DNA of 23,426 nucleotides, taken from the NCBI GenBank assembly GCA_045106895.1, contig JBGCFM010000163.1, positions 1 to 23,426 on the forward strand, read 5' to 3'. Source of the stretch: Polyangiales bacterium. GTDB taxonomy: Bacteria; Myxococcota_A; Polyangia; Polyangiales; Houyiibacteriaceae. Made by a program: the position numbers and the translations under genes. The notes beneath the pieces were generated by a model. The model was not told where the DNA came from, ran no database searches, and saw only the letters and a list, made by a program, of their open reading frames with translations. Positions within the stretch are counted from its first letter, which is position 1, and each line of letters opens with the position of its first letter. Shown here in pieces: positions 19,922-23,426 of this stretch.

Positions 19922-20314
19922 GTGTCCGCTCCCCCGCAACGCCGCCACCGAATCCTTGTCGCCGAAGACGACGATGCCGTGCGAAAGATGATCGGCCATC
20001 TCCTCGGAGATATCGCCGACGTCACCATTGCCAAAGACGGGATGGAGGCACTCATCGCCCTTCGAGACATGGAGAAGGCGCCGGACCTCATCGTCACGGA
20101 CCTGATGATGCCTCGTCTCGACGGCCTTGGCCTGCTCAAGCAAGTGCGCGCCAACGAGACGAGCAAGAACATCCCCATCATCATTCTGACGGCCAAAGCG
20201 CAGCCCATGGATGTGATCACGGGCATCAATGCTGGCGCGAGGCACTACCTCGTCAAACCATTCAAGCGAGAAGAGCTTCTTGAAAAGGTCCGAAAAGTCC
20301 TCCGCCTCGACTGA
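19922..20314 (+). CDS. Single-domain response regulator (CheY-like receiver)
   Basis: ILVAEDD, PDLIVTDLMMPRLDG, ILTAK, YLVKPF. Confidence 0.93.
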   Translation: MSAPPQRRHRILVAEDDDAVRKMIGHLLGDIADVTIAKDGMEALIALRDMEKAPDLIVTDLMMPRLDGLGLLKQVRANETSKNIPIIILTAKAQPMDVITGINAGARHYLVKPFKREELLEKVRKVLRLD

Positions 20315-21920
20315 AGGCTCAGAGCCGAGCCCGTCCATTCCCAAAGGCCCCGAAGCTCCGATTTCTCGAAGTCGGAGATGGTTCCACGTTCTCCTCGTCG
20401 TCATCGGGGGAGCGCTGGAGTTCCTTGGTTTCGCGGGTTTTGGTTACTGGCCCCTCGTCTTCTTCGCCTTCGTGCCGATGATGTACGTGCTCGACCGCGA
20501 GCAAGGCGCGTCGACGAAGCGTGTCCTCGCCCTCGGCCTCATTCACGGCACCGTGACCGTCGCCGGCGGCTACCACTGGCTCGTCGACATGCTGGCGACA
20601 TTCAGCGGGTACGACGGCTTCATGAACTGGTTCTTCGCGTCGGCGTTCTTCGTCTACCAAGGCGTCAACCACGCCGTGATGTACTGGCTCTACCGGCGCG
20701 CCGTGCGAAACGGCTTCGACAAGAGCCTCGCCGCCATCGCCGCCCTCGTCGCCATCGAATGCCTCTACCCCGTGCTCTTTCCTTCGTTCATTGGAACCGG
20801 GTTGCACGTGATGCCCTGGCTCATTCAGATCGTGGATCTCGGCGGGCCCATGCTGCTCTCCGCCATCGTCATGCTCATCAACGCGACGATCTACGCGGTG
20901 GCTTGCGCAACACGAACCAAGGAGTGGCCCAAGCGAACCATCGCTGCGTGCCTAGCGTCGGTGCTTTTCGTCGTCGCCTACGGCGCCTATCGAGTCGGCG
21001 AGGTCGACGCCCGAGCCGCCAGCGCCGAGACCGTCAACGTAGGCCTCGTCCAGGTCAACATGGGCATCTTTGCAAAGCGCGAAGAGCCCTACGAAGGACA
21101 TCGTCGTCATCTTCAGCAGAGCGTCCAGCTCCAGCGAGAGAACGACCTGGACCTGCTGGTGTGGCCCGAGTCCGCCTACACCTTCTTCGTGCCCGAAGGC
21201 ATGACAAACCTCCGCAACCGGGTCCTGCCCGGCATCGAGGTCCCGGTGATCTTCGGCGGCCTCTCCAGGCGACGAGACGGCGAAGAGTCGCACCACTACA
21301 ACACGGCGTTCCTCGCCGATGAAAACGGCGACATCGCCGGCACCTACGACAAGACCTTCCTCCTCGCCTTCGGCGAGTACCTGCCCCTCGGCGACACCTT
21401 TCCGATTCTCTACGAGTGGTCGCCAAACACCGGCCACTTCACCCACGGCGACCACGTACGGCCTCTCATTCAGGACAATATGCGCATCAGCATGTTGGTC
21501 TGTTACGAGGATGTTCTGCCCGGGTTTACGCGCCACGCCGTTCAAGAAGCGAACCCCAACCTCCTCGTCAACATCACCAACGACGCTTGGTTCGGCGACA
21601 CCCAAGAGCCGTGGATTCACCTGGCACTGGCGAAGTTCCGCGCCGTCGAGCACCACCGTGCGCTGGTGCGTTCGACGAATAGCGGCGTGACGGCGTTCGT
21701 CGACGCGGCGGGCCGAACCCTCGACACCATCCCTTTCGGAGAGCGAGACGAGATCGTCGCCGAACTCCCGCTCCTGGACGACAACACGCTCTACTCCGTG
21801 CTGGGCGACTGGCCTGGCTGGCTCTGCGTCATCGGCATCGCGCTCATGGCGTTTCGGCGCCGGAAGAGCAAAAGCAAAGGCGCCGACTCAAAGGCGACGA
21901 GCGAGACAGACGCGGCTTAG
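20280..21920 (+). CDS. lnt: Apolipoprotein N-acyltransferase
   Basis: Multi-TM N-terminus; nitrilase triad VWPES, YDK..LLAFGEYLP, VCYE; NITNDAWFG, RAVE, RSTNSG; start uncertain (TTG 20280 or ATG 20229). Confidence 0.95.
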   Translation: MKRSEKSSASTEGSEPSPSIPKGPEAPISRSRRWFHVLLVVIGGALEFLGFAGFGYWPLVFFAFVPMMYVLDREQGASTKRVLALGLIHGTVTVAGGYHWLVDMLATFSGYDGFMNWFFASAFFVYQGVNHAVMYWLYRRAVRNGFDKSLAAIAALVAIECLYPVLFPSFIGTGLHVMPWLIQIVDLGGPMLLSAIVMLINATIYAVACATRTKEWPKRTIAACLASVLFVVAYGAYRVGEVDARAASAETVNVGLVQVNMGIFAKREEPYEGHRRHLQQSVQLQRENDLDLLVWPESAYTFFVPEGMTNLRNRVLPGIEVPVIFGGLSRRRDGEESHHYNTAFLADENGDIAGTYDKTFLLAFGEYLPLGDTFPILYEWSPNTGHFTHGDHVRPLIQDNMRISMLVCYEDVLPGFTRHAVQEANPNLLVNITNDAWFGDTQEPWIHLALAKFRAVEHHRALVRSTNSGVTAFVDAAGRTLDTIPFGERDEIVAELPLLDDNTLYSVLGDWPGWLCVIGIALMAFRRRKSKSKGADSKATSETDAA

Positions 21921-22540
21921 ACGTCGTAGGAGGGCACCAGAAAGAAGCTGCGCGACTCGTCGAAGAGCAGCTCCTGCCGCTCTGGGGAAATCGTCGCAAG
22001 AGCGCTTCTCTCCCAGCTCGCGAAGGCAAGAGAGCGCCCCCAAACGCCGTGGGAGTGCTGCTGGCGGTCCATGTCCGAGCCGACGATGAACGTGCCGTCC
22101 TCGCCGGCTTCGGAGAGCTCCCCGGAAGAGCGAAGAGTGCCAAGTGCCGCCACGCCGCTCGCCATGGAACCCGACGCCACCATGTGAAGCGAGCGTGGTC
22201 CCACTTGGCCGTGTTCCCGGAGCCAGTCCAGGTCGCGCTGCGCCATCTGCACGATGGCCTCGTTGAGATCTTCGCGGTCCACCTCTTGGGCTCCGCTCCG
22301 AGCGAAAGCTAGCTGGACCGAGAGCCCCACGACGGCGCGTGTCGGCCGTCCAAAGCGCGCGCTCAGGTCCTGCACGCCCAACGTCACCAAGCCCCGCTCA
22401 GCGGCTTGTGCGCGCAGGAGGGTGCCTTGATCACGCGTCAGTCCCTCGACCACCACGCCCGCGACCAAGGCTAAAGTGACGTCACCGTTGAACGCGAGGC
22501 GGGATGCAGGTTGGCCCATGCTGCTTGATACGTCTGACAA
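21917..22540 (-). CDS. Hypothetical protein
   Basis: 207 aa ORF filling the gap, protein-like composition, 4-nt stop overlap with lnt; no family recognised. Confidence 0.55.
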   Translation of the reverse strand: MSDVSSSMGQPASRLAFNGDVTLALVAGVVVEGLTRDQGTLLRAQAAERGLVTLGVQDLSARFGRPTRAVVGLSVQLAFARSGAQEVDREDLNEAIVQMAQRDLDWLREHGQVGPRSLHMVASGSMASGVAALGTLRSSGELSEAGEDGTFIVGSDMDRQQHSHGVWGRSLAFASWERSALATISPERQELLFDESRSFFLVPSYDV

Positions 22541-22583
22541 GCGCGTTCGCTTCCCAAAGAATGCGATTTTCGCAGTTCAGCGC

Positions 22584-23426
22584 CTACTCCGGACGAATCC
22601 AGTGGTCCCGGTGTGCGTTGCAGCCGTTCTCGACGCACATCGTAAGCGCCGGCGGCAGGCCATCGGTCTGCACCGCGACAAGCTCGTACTCTCGCGTACC
22701 GAAATACACGCCTTGGTCGTCCAGCGCCCCATTTCCACCGATGTCGCCTTCCACCTGCCAGACCATTTCGCCGTTCCCCGTCCGCCGCACCAAACCGGCG
22801 TTGCTCTGAATCCCATCGCCACCTTCAAGCCAGCGGCCCGAGCTTTTTTGAGTGCCGACAGATTCGAGACTTTCGGGCTCCCCGTCGTAAGGTGGGTCGA
22901 TAAAGAAGACTCCATCAGTGCTCCAAAATACAACCCGTCCTTGAGGTGACAGGTTCATGCCCGCGAGACGCGCAAAGCCGACTTTTGGCTCTGACCCAAT
23001 GAGTTCCATGCGTAGGCGGGCGCCGTCATGTGCCTGCCCAAGGCTAATCTCTGGAGTCATCCATCCGAACTGGAATACCTCTCCGTCATCGACTTCGATG
23101 GGCAGGAACGCTTCCACTTCCTCGGCTCCAGGCCGCACGCGATACGCTCTTTCGGCACCGCCGGAGACGACTACGCTGCCGTCGGGTTCCACGAAGACGT
23201 GACTGAGGCTCCAGTCAAGAGACGCCTCGGGCCCGGCCACATTCGTCAACGTCCACATAAGGCGCTGAGCTTTGCAGGTGGCGTAAAGCCGGTCGCCGGA
23301 GAGAGCGTAGACCATGCCGCCGGGTCCCGCGGCGAGCCGCGGTCGCTCATTGAACACTGGCAAGTCGAGGCGTCCCTCATCTGTGACTCCGGGAAAGGGT
23401 TGGTCGGGGTTCATTCGAGCGAGGTA
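22584..23426 (-). CDS. PQQ/BamB-like beta-propeller protein, C-terminal part (5' outside window)
   Basis: Frame open to window edge; GMVYALSGDRLYA...LMW, TGNGEMVWQ, GVYFGTREYELVAV motifs. Confidence 0.6.
   Translation of the reverse strand, partial: YLARMNPDQPFPGVTDEGRLDLPVFNERPRLAAGPGGMVYALSGDRLYATCKAQRLMWTLTNVAGPEASLDWSLSHVFVEPDGSVVVSGGAERAYRVRPGAEEVEAFLPIEVDDGEVFQFGWMTPEISLGQAHDGARLRMELIGSEPKVGFARLAGMNLSPQGRVVFWSTDGVFFIDPPYDGEPESLESVGTQKSSGRWLEGGDGIQSNAGLVRRTGNGEMVWQVEGDIGGNGALDDQGVYFGTREYELVAVQTDGLPPALTMCVENGCNAHRDHWIRPE

Overview
GC-rich bacterial chromosomal segment. Gene content (two eukaryotic-like Ser/Thr kinases, Cys-rich and 'DAG'-linker lipoproteins, vWA lipoprotein, Sel1 protein) suggests Myxococcota/Polyangia; this is inferred, not proven. 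Left to right: end of an Xre/MbcA/ParS antitoxin plus RES toxin; KshA/Neverland-type Rieske oxygenase, LysR and a divergent extended SDR; PD40-type lipoprotein; a stand-alone EF-G; small protein plus nucleotidyltransferase; vWA lipoprotein; tRNA-Gln(UUG); a SMI1/KNR4-like protein with a PcrA-type Tudor tail; lipoprotein, kinase and TPR protein; Sel1 protein; a DUF1517 protein converging on a small membrane protein with the same Zn ribbon; second kinase; single-domain response regulator; lnt; a hypothetical; and a truncated beta-propeller protein. No integrase, transposase or CRISPR array seen. Best leads: the SUKH-Tudor fusion, the putative sterol-modifying trio, the twin Zn-ribbon pair, and recurrent leaderless-style starts. 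All family calls come from motif recognition by eye, not database searches.
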